This document shows, in pieces, positions 1 through 11,800 of a DNA stretch of 35,295 nucleotides (position 1 is its first letter; every line of letters begins with the position of its first letter). The stretch spans positions 1-35,295 of the forward strand of contig JAHLWZ010000072.1 in NCBI GenBank assembly GCA_020536535.1. The letters run 5' to 3'. The notes below the pieces were generated by a model, which was given only the letters and a program-made list of their open reading frames with translations, was not told the DNA's origin and ran no database searches. The position numbers and the translations under genes are program-made. This DNA comes from Pelomyxa schiedti. Taxonomy: Eukaryota > Protista > Evosea.

Positions 1-200
1 GTGTTTCCCTTGTTTCCACCGCACATGCTTTGCTTGTAGACACACATGTTGACCTCTCAGGCGAACAAGAAGACAACATGGGAGTTCACGAGATAACTTC
101 CGGTAGTACACTTCCCCACCCACATCCCAAGGATAAGGCACCAATCACAACCGAAAAGGGAAATTAATTGCCCCATAATAGCAACCACACGGCGTTTTTG
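1..200. other. Inverted, rearranged copy of CSE1 3'-end sequence (fold-back junctions)
   Basis: 1-120 is the reverse complement of ~28384-28504. ~119-200 is the reverse complement of ~28021-28103. The joins fall at short microhomologies (CCCAC, TTGG), after which the sequence flips to the forward copy. Confidence 0.85.
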
Positions 201-228
201 GTGCCTTATCCTTGGGATGTGGGTGTTG

Positions 229-781
229 TTAGATCAGGTTGAAGCGGGATATGAAGGCGACTAGGTTCTGTGTGACGATGGGGGGCGCTTGCTGTGTTAG
301 CAGAGGGGCGAGGTGGGGTGCTGTGGCCGGGGCTCCCCCGATGCCCCTGATCACTCGCGCAACTGATTCAGCCCAGAACTTCTCGTCGTCTATCTCACGG
401 CAGTGGTCAACTTCAAACTTGGACGCGAAGGCAAGCCGGTGGAACGAAGTAGAGGCACCTTTTTGTGATGAGTGAGGTTATTCGGAGGATTTTTTGTGTA
501 CTACCGGAAGTTATCTCGTGAACTCCCATGTTGTCTTCTTGTTCGCCTGAGAGGTCAACATGTGTGTCTACAAGCAAAGCATGTGCGGTGGAAACAAGGG
601 AAACACTGCCGGTTAATGTGGATCAGTAGATTGGAAAAGAAACGCCGTTAGACATACAATAGTGCGGCGTTCTGTTGTGTGTGTAGAGCAGGCAAATCGC
701 AAGCAAGTTTAGTTGCTGCAATAACACAAAGTTTCCTCTCGTTCTTTGTCTTCAACTTTTGGGCATTGCCGACGAACAAGG
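229..781 (-). other. CSE1: Near-identical second copy of the last exons of exportin-2/CSE1, cut by gap
   Basis: ~201-781 matches ~28080-28678 with scattered SNPs and small intronic deletions. Stop codon at 229-231. Confidence 0.85.
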
Positions 782-881
782 NNNNNNNNNNNNNNNNNNN
801 NNNNNNNNNNNNNNNNNNNNNNNNNNNNNNNNNNNNNNNNNNNNNNNNNNNNNNNNNNNNNNNNNNNNNNNNNNNNNNNNN
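782..881. other. Assembly gap (100 N)
   Basis: Run of N. Confidence 1.
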
Positions 882-1008
882 GTCCGCGCTGTTGTGGCTG
901 TTACGTCCGTAATCGATTCGATCACCTCTTATTCTTTGAATTCGATGTGCACCGATCTAATCGAATCTGTTGTGATTAGCAACAAAACCTAAACTTTAGA
1001 AAGGCGAT

Positions 1009-1043
1009 GGTCTGGTGTTTTTTTTATTTACCCAAATGGTGAT
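1009..1043 (-). repeat. Partial copy of ~90-bp dispersed TIR element
   Basis: GGTCTGGTGTTTTTTTTATTTACCCAAATGGTGAT resembles 8625-8659 and the reverse complement of 14887-14915. Confidence 0.6.
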
Positions 1044-1082
1044 GATGGTGAGTGATATATTGAATGTTTGGGTGTGTTTATG

Positions 1083-4000
1083 TTAGGATGATGAGGATGA
1101 AGTTGTTGTGGTTGTTGTGGTTGTGGTGGTATCTTGTGCTATTGTTGTGAGTAGGTTCGCGAGGTGCGGTAGTACTTGTTTGGGTGTGGATTTGTCTGAC
1201 TTCCACTGTGTTATAGCTTCTACAGATATTGTCGCGGAATCGTAGAGGTACCGCAACAGGTTGGGAAGGAGGTCTTTTAATTTTGTTAGAGCGAGCCAGT
1301 TTGTTTTGTTGCGGCGCAGTTGTTGTTGTGTTTTGTTGTGTTGTGCGGTGTTTTGGTTAAATGAGGAATGAGAGCTTGCGTACCTGGAACTTCGGAATGG
1401 GTGGAACAGAATGTATACACACTGGACAGGAAAAGTATCTGCTCGTGTGTGTCATCAGCCAGTGGCTTGACGAAGCACGCGATATATGGAGAAAACTTCT
1501 CTATGAAGTTTGAGTATGACAGTGGGACATTTGCTGCGGAATTCCCTTCAGCGGCTCCTGAAACCATGGATAGAGAGTAGCAATGCCCGAGGGTCAGTTT
1601 CAGAATAATAAGATGCCACTGTGGAACTTCTTCCTCAAACGTGTCTGGCCTCTCCTAAAATCCACATTAGACAACTATTTCAGCAAAATAAGGGAGAAAA
1701 CCTCCAGATACGACTCCAGCCAATCAATGAAGGCCTCTGGTTGTTTTTCAGAGAGAGGTCCTTTTACAGCTATTTCAAATTTCATTGCAGGGAAAAGGTC
1801 TGTCAATTGCTATAATTGTGTTACAAATGGCAACAAAACAAAAAAATTACCTTTTGTTCTAGCCAGGTTTCGTAGTTGGCTGAAGATACAGAGGAAGGAA
1901 GAAATTGCTTAAGATCAGTTTTGCTGTTTTTATGTTCTTTTCTCACTTTGGAAATACCCTGGATTTGAAATCAGGGAAGGAGCTTGACGTTGGTTACCTT
2001 AAATTGGATCAGCGTGCGTATTGTCTCTCCGGCGAGAGCTGCGGAAACCCCGTATGGTTTTTGGGTGTTGTTGAAAGGTTGCTTCAAAAGAAGAAGCAAA
2101 AGTTCAATCATCTGATTGTACGAGAATAGGCCATCTGCCATTGCCCTAATACTGGGTAAGCATATCTTCATTTGAATTAATTATGTAAACCTCGCAATTA
2201 ATATAGAAATAACTTCGAGCCACAGGGGAGATTCTAGGATAATATCCTCAAGCTTTGTTTCCATGAATTCAAAAAGACTTGGCAAGTATGTTAGAGGAAA
2301 AAATAACAAGCACCTTACCTTTTCTTCAAATCTTCTTTACTTAATGTACCGTCTTCGACAAGATACTTCAGCAAGCTTGATATGTGTTTTAAGATTTTTT
2401 TGGGGTCGCTTGCTGAGGTGAGCACCCACTGAATGATCACAACTGGCAACTCCCACAACATTGACTTGCTAATCTTAAAGGAATTTATACTGTCAATTAC
2501 TTCTTGAACTTCGTATGTGCTGTTGAAAATGCTGTTAATAGCTTCAACCAAATGAGAAAGTACCTGGAAAATTCTTCCAGTGATGCCTCCACCTTCCGTG
2601 TGGGAAAATCACCTTTGATTTCAGTTGAGTCGGTACCAGAAGGCGTGACAGAAGGGGGACTTGAACTGGGTGGAGGAATGTCAGTTGGCCGGTTTTTGGT
2701 GCTCAAATTTGGATTAATATAGGTGATCCGAATTTGATTCTGAGGTTGATTATTGCTTGTTGCTGTGGGCATTAAGGTATTAATTACTTGGGCTGGTGGT
2801 GGCGAAGTAGAAGTAGGAGGTGGAGATTGTGGTGGGGTGACGTGTGTGGGTAGTGTAGTTGCAGGAGGTGGAACGTATCCACCTCGTACCATAGGTGCTG
2901 GCGTTCCAGGAGTAACTTGTAACAATTAATATATCATGAAACAGGTCACAAAAGAAAAATTCAAGGGAACCTTTGGGTACACCCTTAGAGCTACGAGGAA
3001 TCCAGGAATTTCTTCGCATTTCTATCACATCCTAGAAAAAGTGACTTGGGGGCGCAGTGAATTATTTGCCCACACCTGCAACAGAAATCGGAGTCTCGGA
3101 GCAAGAGATGGAAGCTCTGTTATTCTGGTCATGCGTGACATATAAGCATCCACCCAAGACTTTGCCTGCTGTGTATCTAATTTTTGGCCAATCGTCTTTA
3201 GAAGCATGCACAGAGCTTCCATATCTTCAGGCTGTGGGGTCTGCAGACTGTTTATTGTTTCAGGTACAAAAGTAACGGCTTACAGTGACATCAGTAAGAA
3301 GACTTTTCACACAACCGTGCATCACAGAATCAGAAAGTAAGCTTGCTTTGTATAATTCACCAATGAAGGTAATGTTACTGGTGCATTTGAATATTAAAAT
3401 AAATGTGCAAACGTTTATCCTCTTACCCAAGGTAGCACTTCCTCGCGTCATATTCTGTTTTCTCAAGTTCTTCAAGTTCCTCAGGGGAAAGACCCTCTCT
3501 GGGCTTACGTTTCGAAGTCGTCCATCGGTTTTGGGTAAATTCCTTTTGGCAGTTGTCTAGAAGAACCTTCCGGAACAACTATTGACCATAAAAGATCTGG
3601 ATGATATTTGGAATTTGCCGTGCCTTCTTTGGTTCACACTTGAGCTCCAAAGCCACATTAGGGTCCACCTTAAGCTCGGCCGCAAGCTTTCCACAAAGTC
3701 TGGTGTACATCTGAGCGTATTTTGGCTCCCTGATTGCTTTTGTGAAAATTTGGCTGATCACACCTGCAAGGAGGAAAAGGGTCAGCCTGGAAATAAAAGA
3801 AAAAGGGGTGTGCGTGATTGAAAGAGGGAGATGAATACAATTAAGGAGCTCTTGTGTGGAGATTTGAAGACGGGTAAGTTCTGAAGAAATTATTTCAAAA
3901 TTTTCATCTGACAACTTATTCAAGCAGCTGTGATTGTTGTTTGGAGGCATCTTCTAAGAGAGATTTTTTACCTGGTGACTACTTTCTTGACTTTCTCATC

Positions 4001-7000
4001 TGCAGATAAATTAGTTGGCGGCTTCCAACCATTTGCAGTTTTTTCGAGAGGTTGTACAGCTGGTCGGTGCATGACCACCATTGGTGGCTATGGACTGTGA
4101 ATAAAACTTAAAAAGACACCAATATCCTTACCGTTCTTAAGTTAAAGCGGCTTGGCATTCTTCCTGGGGGACTAAATATTTGCATTGTGAGAAATAGATT
4201 TCAAGCAGATAAACCATACAAGAAAATTGGACGTCTTGGATTTCCCATCAACGGGATGCGGGTGTTATACTGGGGTTGACCCATGAAAGACCCCATTGGG
4301 GACGAATATATGGATTTGAAGTCTTCCAAGTACTCACTATTGAAATCCGCAGGTTTGTCACGGCACGTCTAGGAAGAAGCCAGTCATTAAAAGGAAAGAA
4401 ATGAAGGACACACAGATATAAAACTTGTGAGGAACTCCTTAGTGTAGACAAGTCTTCCTCCTGTAGTTTTTTTGGCGGAGGGACCCTCTTTCTGCAAACG
4501 AAATATATTGTTGGTTGTAAGTATTCATTTGTAGAAAGGGGTGGAGTATGTAGCATACACCACCAGGTCGTAGAGCAAATTCTTGAGCTGTCTTCTGTAG
4601 GTCCTCTTCATCCTTTTGTTCCCAGTCATCATCTAGGAATTTTAATTTCAACGAGAACACAGCCTGAACTACCTTTAGTTTCTTTGAGAGAAGGTTTATC
4701 AGGAGTTGGTGGACTCAGTTTTACTGGTGGAGCTTGTGTTTGTTTTTCAGCTGGTACTACAGCTTGCGTTGTATGTGGGCCTTCGGGTTTGCCTGATTCA
4801 GGTTTTGTTGTGTGCTCTGGAGATAGTTGTGTAGCTTTAGGGGCTGACACTTCTTCATGTGAGGTATCTGAATGTTCTCGGCTTTCTTGCTGTTGCTTGG
4901 CAGGCAATTCGTGGGTCTTTGCGGTAGCCGAAGATGCCCCCGACTGAGGAGCTGCTGTGGATTGTGCTGAGTGATGCTTTTGCTTTGTAGTTACTTCAGC
5001 TTCCACTTTCTTTTTTCCATAGAACTTTTTGTTGTTTTGAGGGGAGTGAGGGGGAAAGTTAACACCAGACCCATGCAATTATGAAATTACCCCTTCAGGC
5101 ATTCTGGCATCCACAGTTACTACAATGAAGGTGAATATTTTTTTTTATTGTTGTAGGAAAAAGGTTTACATGTTGGAGCTGTCTTCTGGCCACCTTTCTT
5201 TGTAGGTACATTTGCAGGGGGTTTTTCTGCCGATGTAAGGGCCGAATTAAATAAGTGTCGAGATACCTTGAGGTTTTTCTATATTTTCCGCCTTCTTTTT
5301 TCCTTTTTGTTTGGTTGCCTTTACTTCAATACTTGGGGTGCTATTGATGGGTGCATCAGTATTATCCTTCTTCAGGGGCTGCTCATCGTTGGTTGAGGAT
5401 GCTTTCCTGGGAGTGGTTGGTGGTGTCTTAGGTTTCACACTGGGTGCACTGCCCTTCTGTTGTCTGGGTGAGGCAGGAGGAGTAGGGTTTGGAGAGGAAA
5501 TTGGAGTTGTTCTTGGACTTGGTTTTGGAACTGATGGTGTGATATTTTCTGCTGGTTTGGCTTTCCCAGATTTTTTCTTTTTTTTGGAGTTCGGTTGGTG
5601 ATCTTTGGGTAGTGCTTCAGGGGTTGAGTTCACCAAATTTGGTGTAGGAGGTTCCACATTGACTTTTGATTTCTCAATATCCAGTGCATCTTTTTCCGAG
5701 TCAAGCGTTTTAATTGGTTGTCCTGGTTTAATTGCAGGCTCAGAACTGTGCTCTCTCTCTGAACAAGCTACTGCAGCCAAGGAAACCAAAGGCTCTGAAG
5801 ACGCTTCACAGGCTTGCGTTTGCTGCGTTGCGGGCAGTGCACTATTATTCGGCTGGGAACTGTCAATCGAGATGGTGTTGAGGTGAGGTGATTTGTCTTT
5901 CTCTGGGAGAATTTTCTCTTCACAAACCACTTGCTCTTGCTTGCTACTGGTTTCAATGTCCTGGCTATTCTTTGGTGGTATTTCGGGAATACAGATGGGT
6001 TCTTCCTTTTTTTCCAACTGTGTAGGAATACAAACTTCTTTGGGAACTGGAATGTCCTGTGTGCGTCAGGGTAACAGAAATGATAGGAAACAAGGCCAAC
6101 CTTAACCTTTGAGGGTGTGGGGGGTTCTTTCAAAGTCTCTGTGCTGGATGCTTCCTTACAAGGCACGGTTGTTTCATGGTCCTCCGGGGTTGTGTGTGCA
6201 ATAGGTGGCACCGAAGAAGGTGGATTTGGTGGATTTAGTGGACTTGTGATTTGCTCTTCAACGCGTTGCGGTACAGTTGGTTGGTTAACAGTATCTTGCA
6301 CTGCTTCAGGCTGGTTATCAATACTTTTAGCTTGTGGCTGAGGTTTTTCATCGTCAGAGGGGTCCAAACTTAGTGGTGACGAAACTTTGGGCATGGTAAA
6401 TGTAGGATGCACTTCAAAGGGTTTAGCTGAGACATCATATCGTTGTTTGTCAAGTTCCTGATTTTTATTAGTATTTTTATGAATTAAACCGTGCACACAC
6501 ATACAAGGGGACGAAGCTCTGGCTGGAATGCAGTAGGGGGAGGAGGCCCTGGTAGAGGAGCCGATTGTGTTCTTTCTGGTATTAACTGTGAACAGTGTTA
6601 TTGAAAATCGGGTGATAGTGCGCAAATTACCTCCTTCTTGGGGATTTTTGCGGTGCGTGCAGTGCTTATGTCCGACTTGGGTTTGTCAGAAGCTGGAGTG
6701 AATGCTGCAGCGTTTGGGTTGAGGAGGATACGTGCAGGTGAGGGTTGCTGAATTTGTAACCTGTTCTTCAGAACTCCCCCAGTGAGACTACCCCTTGGTG
6801 GAGTCGCTGCTGGAGTTGTTTCTGTAATAATAGGTGCTGGAGGTTGTTTTTGCTCTGTATTCATGTAATTAATGCCACCATTTGGGCTGGATATTTTAGG
6901 AGATTGTTCAAAACTGGTAGGCCTGTTAAAAGGCAGTGGCTTGGGAGTGGTGAAAGGGGGAGTTTGTGACTGTTGTGGTGGTGTCAAAGAGGTCGCAGGA

Positions 7001-8199
7001 CGCGTTGACACAACGGCAGGTAGTTTTGTAGCTGGAACAAATTCTTCAGCTGTAACAGAAAATGAGATAGTGGGTGGTACACTAGGACGTGGAGTAAAGC
7101 TTGGTGCGTCTACCCAGGTCCTTCCAATAGCCGTAGCAGCACTGCCCATGGCAGTGCTGTTTCCAGGCTTTTGTGTTACACTGGGGGTTGACAAAGTTCC
7201 TGTTCTTTTGGTCATCATCCCTGAAGTATCCGTGTTTACCTGGCCGGTCATGGAAACAGCAGGACCCAGAGTCCCACTATAACCAGAAGCAACACTGCCA
7301 CTAAACGTTGTTGCACCGCCGGTAACTGTTCCAATGCCCGTGCCTAGTGTAGTGGAGCCAGTCGCAGGGAGAATCTGCTGTGCCGGTTGCTGGTTGTATT
7401 GATGCTGTGATAGTGATTGCGCGGAAACTGACGGCGAAGGCTGCGATACCACCGGCGGTATCGTGCTTGTGTGTGTGGTCGTAGTAGGAGGAGGGGGAAG
7501 GCCCTGCTGCTGCAACTGAGTCTTAATGCCACCACTGCCACTGCCACCAAACGTCGGCACGAAAGGCGTGGCGGTAACACTCATCGCAGTCACGCCACCA
7601 ACGCCAACGCCAACGCCACTGCCACTGCCACTGCCACTGCCGGTTGGCGCCACGCTCCCACCGCCACTCGTTGCACCTGATCTCGGTCCTGTCTGCTGTG
7701 GGGGGGCCAGGGCTACTGCCGCCGGTGGTGGCGGCGACTGCTTCCTTCCGCCCCCGCCGCCGCCGCCGCCGCTTGGTGACACCACCGCAACCGCCCCGCC
7801 AACCGCCGCGCTGTTATAGTTCTTGGTTGTTGCCGTGGTTGTTGTGGCGGCTGTGGCGGCTGTGGCGGCTGTGGCTGCCGCTCCCGACGCCGACGCCGAC
7901 GCGGACATGGACGCTTGTGTGACTGTTGCTGATGACGACGACGACGAGGCGATCGCCGCGTTTGCGGTAGCGATTGCGTTGGAATTAATATTATTGTTGT
8001 TGGGGGGGCGATTCGTACCCTGTTGCTGCTGTGGTTGTGGTGTTGTTGTTGTCGGTGTTGGTGTTGTTGTGATCGGAGGGTTGTTGATGTTGTTTGCGGC
8101 GGGGTGTTGTTGTTGTTGCTGTTGCTGCGAGGACGACGAAGAGGGAGCCGACGAGGGCGACGACGTTGCCGACGGTTGCGGTTGGTGAGTCGTGATCAT
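1083..8199 (-). CDS. EIF4G: Eukaryotic translation initiation factor 4G (multi-exon)
   Basis: Spliced translation gives an eIF4E-binding-like motif RLVYTKEFLTSF (~4420-4455). MIF4G hallmarks: LEKTANGWKP, LNKLSDENF, IFTKAIREPKYAQMYTRLC, FRKVLLDNCQKEF, FIGELYK, EALCMLLKTIGQKLD, PRLRFLLQ. C-terminal W2-like LLPNLLRYLYDSATISVEAITQW, stop TAA at 1083-1085. Long low-complexity N-terminus. Exons between ~1400 and 3000 were not all traced. Confidence 0.93.
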
Positions 8200-8319
8200 G
8201 GGATGTTACCGGGCGCGTATCGGCTGGGTCTTGGGGTGTAGGTGTCGCTTGTTGTTTATATTCTGGCTCGGCCTTTGTTTGTTTCTTGATGTTTAATGTT
8301 GTATTTCAATCAGATATTT

Positions 8320-8566
8320 CCAGGAGTGGCAACTGAGTCTCACGACCTGTCCCTCAATGGAAGAGGACGGACGCTACAATCGTTGCCCATGACCCAGTTA
8401 CCAGGACCTAGGAAATTGTCCGCGTATGGATGATCATCACATGATCAAGTACGGAAGATGGTGCAGGAATTGGGGTTGCCAAGATTCCCCGAGACCTGAT
8501 TCTTTGGTGCCTCGGCAGGCAAGCAATCTCGTCCTAGCCGGGGTTCCCAGCACTGACAGAGATTGC
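8320..8566. other. Multi-hairpin intergenic element of unknown type
   Basis: Consecutive stems GGCAAC/GTTGCC, CGTA-TGATCA/TGATCA-TACG, CCGAG/CTCGG, GCAATCTC-GTC/GAC-AGAGATTGC. Confidence 0.45.
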
Positions 8567-8736
8567 CGAATAAAATAATCAACAGACCGGAACGCTGTCC
8601 TTCTCGTTATCATCACTAAGGATAGGTCTGGTGGTTTTTTTATTCAGCCAGATGGTGATTGGTTGAATAAAAAAAGTCCGGACCGCCTATCATCAGCAAC
8701 AGTGTTCCGGTCTGTTGATTATTTTCTTCAGCCGAT
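8563..8736. repeat. Imperfect ~170-bp palindrome: inverted dimer of a ~90-bp TIR element
   Basis: GAATAAAATAATCAACAGACCGGAAC pairs with GTTCCGGTCTGTTGATTATTTTCTTC. Inner TTTTTTTATTCAGCCA pairs with TGGTTGAATAAAAAAA. A monomer occurs at 14887-14982. Confidence 0.8.
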
Positions 8737-8848
8737 TGCTACACTTTTTACTCTAATTTCCAGGAACGTTCAGATTTGCCTAACTGGCGCTGTTTTTTTT
8801 GTTCCGCCAACTGACAAACTTCCACAAAAACTCCAGCTAACGTTAAGG

Positions 8849-11800
8849 ATGGGGTCTTTGTGGGTTTTGTTGTTACCGCTTCTGTCGCTTCTGGGTTCGT
8901 CAATAGCAGACTGGAAGGAAGAACTCTACTATGAAGAGAGTGGTGATTATTCATTTTTCTTGTTCGGACTTCGCCGTTTTGTTTTTTCTCTTCAAGACAC
9001 ACGCCATCAAATTGTTTTGCCCCCTGACTGGGTTCTTTAAGATGCGTCTTCATGCAGCAACCTTATTTACGTTGAGGTTACCGAGGTGTCCTCTTGCAGC
9101 GAGTCCACGTGCTATTATGGGTATGACTACAACACAAGGACAAAATGTCACGATGTACCGCCTGACATGGACTCCTATTTTGATGATGAGTATGTGCCGT
9201 CTTTGTACTTGACATTTCATACTCAAAGTGTTGGCGTTTTTTTTCCTTTTTTTCCAAGGTATTACTCTACAATACTATCTTCGGACATTCTGGGGATGAA
9301 AGTGACTGGTTTCGTTGTTGCTAACAAATCTTGTGTTCTAGCTTACTTCCTGACTTCTTACCGAGGCTGGAATTGTGATGATGCAGCTGGGATAATCGCG
9401 GTGCAACCTTTCTTTCACTTAACTGTAAAGAACCCAAGTATTTACAACTCTCCCAGAAATGGAATTTCGGCTTGGATTCTACATGTTCCTCTGGGGGGAG
9501 TGAGTATGAACAAGTGACGCCATACTCATACAACAAGCGATTCGCTGACGTTTTCGTTGGATATGGAAGCTGGTATACCGTCGATTGCGACAACACTGCC
9601 ACTCCAGTTTCGGGCTACCAGCTCATCACATACTACCCAGCACAGTCCTGGTCAAGTGTGTCTTGCTGTTTGGTGAAATATTCTGTCTCAAATAAAAAAG
9701 CGAGCACTTGTGCCTCACTGCCTGTTCTTGGATATGAGTACTTCTACACAGATGACTGCAAGGTCCACGATTGTGCCGTTGGAGTGATGTGGAAGGAGAG
9801 TTGGTCTTGCACTGACACCAAGCCTGACCCAGCCACTCTTTTCCCTGACACTGCGAATCCGTATGTACTTCCGAGCACCTATAATTCTTCTCTCATTGTC
9901 CCCACAGACCATTTGTTCTGCAGTATTTTGACACAAATGACAACTTCTGCACTTCTAGTGACATCTTAACCACCCAACTGTGGGCTTCATCATGCCTCGT
10001 GGTCTCCACCACCTCCTTCCAAGTTGCAGAATCCAGTAACTCTCTGAACTTTGAATCGTTTTCCTCTTCCACGGACTGCACTGGCTCTTACTCTAATGTG
10101 CTATATATTTACAAGAACGGTGACCAGAAGGTTCCAGGTTGCTACAGTACATACGAAGATGTGTGGTACACTTTGGCAAAGAACCAGGTGCCCAATGAAA
10201 AATACCAGACTGTGGAGTATCACGCTGGTGCTGGCGCAACAGGTATCTTACTTTTTCTTTCTGAATCTATGTATTACTCAGTTCCGCACAGCAACTACCA
10301 TGATGATCGAACAGTATTTCTCACATTACTGCGAGACAAAGACAGTCCCTGCAACTGACAGTGATATGTTCGAGAACTGGTTGTGCACCGACTTGGACAC
10401 ACTGCCTGATCCGTTTGAGGATTATTGGGACGAGTATGTGCTCTGTTGCTGTGAGTTGTTGAATGTGTCTCACTGAAAACCTCAGTGCACTCCTGAATGT
10501 GTATTATGGAGTTGAAGCATCAACGTGTGGAGAAAGCAGGGATTGGTTGTATAGAAGGGCAATGAACAGAGACTGCGTTGCGGATGCGGACACATCCAAG
10601 GGTTTCTGGAACTTTGACTGCAGCTCAACTGCCGATGCTGCGAGCCTTCTGGTAGATTCCTTTTTGTTTCCTCCTCCTAAATCACAACACCAGCTTTCTC
10701 AAGGCGGGGATTCCAACTGCACCGGCGGATCTTCCTCCACCCTGGAGGACTCTTCCTCCAAGGGGATGGATTATTGCTTCTCCGATTCCAACGCAGATGA
10801 CAGCTATTTTGAGCTTCACTGTGATCCACCCAACCCAGGTTATCAGATCATCAAGACATACGCTGACACCGCAAAGAGTACTGTCTCTCTTATTTTCTTC
10901 ATCATGGGACTGACTTTTCTTTTTTCACAGCTGACCTTATTTCCGTTGAAGTATTTTACACAGACTACTGCACTGACGCTGAACCAACCTCATTGTACTT
11001 TGCCTTTGACTACTCGTGCCAAGCTTCAATTGACACACTCACAATCGACATTGACATGTGGGCCTTTCCACCCCATTTCCCCTTACATAACACTCACACT
11101 CACACTCACAATGACACAGGCCTATCACCGTGACACGGTTCTCGGACTCAACATGCACAACACCCAAGAAGCACTGGGCGTATTATTCACCCGAGTGCCA
11201 CGACTCTGACATCACGACTGACTCTTATCACGTCACGTGTTCTGCTGATGACTCGAACTCCGACGTCTATGTATTCCCCTCCATCAATCAAATCACCAGA
11301 AAACCCCCACGAAAATGAACAACACTTACAACAACAACAGGTGTCCAGCTGCGACGCAGACACACTGGACGGGTGCCGAGGTTCGTGCTCATACTTCTCG
11401 GAGGAGGTCGACGCCACGAGGTGGATCGGGTACGCCGACGGTTGCTTCTGGGATTATGACAGCGGCTCGTATGTGACTGTGGAATGTGCTCCCGCCAACC
11501 CAAAGTGGCAGGCTGTTTATTCCTTCCCGGGTCCTAATGTATTGGGTATGCGACCTTATTGCCATTTTAACAATTGTACGGTTGCAATGAGCTGACCTGC
11601 TCACTCACAGCAACGACGGGGGACAAGGTGATTGACATGCACTATTTCTGGTCAGAGAACTGTGTGGAGTATGACATTGGTTGGACTTATGCCTCCGGCA
11701 ACGTCGTTCAGACTGCTGTGTGCACACCTAACGAACCTAATATTTATGGCCTCTGGGATGAGTATGCCTCTTTCTTCTCAAACTCAAAGTGTGAAATCAC

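Noticed and set aside
239-475. 78-aa plus ORF, repeated at 28118-28357
   Set aside because: Antisense to the last CSE1 exon
1368-2129. Plus-strand ORFs of 64-109 aa
   Set aside because: Lie antisense within the eIF4G C-terminal exons and introns
6872-8241. Several plus-strand ORFs (Val/Ala/Cys-rich)
   Set aside because: Antisense shadows of the low-complexity eIF4G first exon
8395-8410. AGTTACCAGG resembling the U1 snRNA 5' end
   Set aside because: Mismatches ACTTACCTGG at key positions and no recognisable U1 loops or Sm site follow
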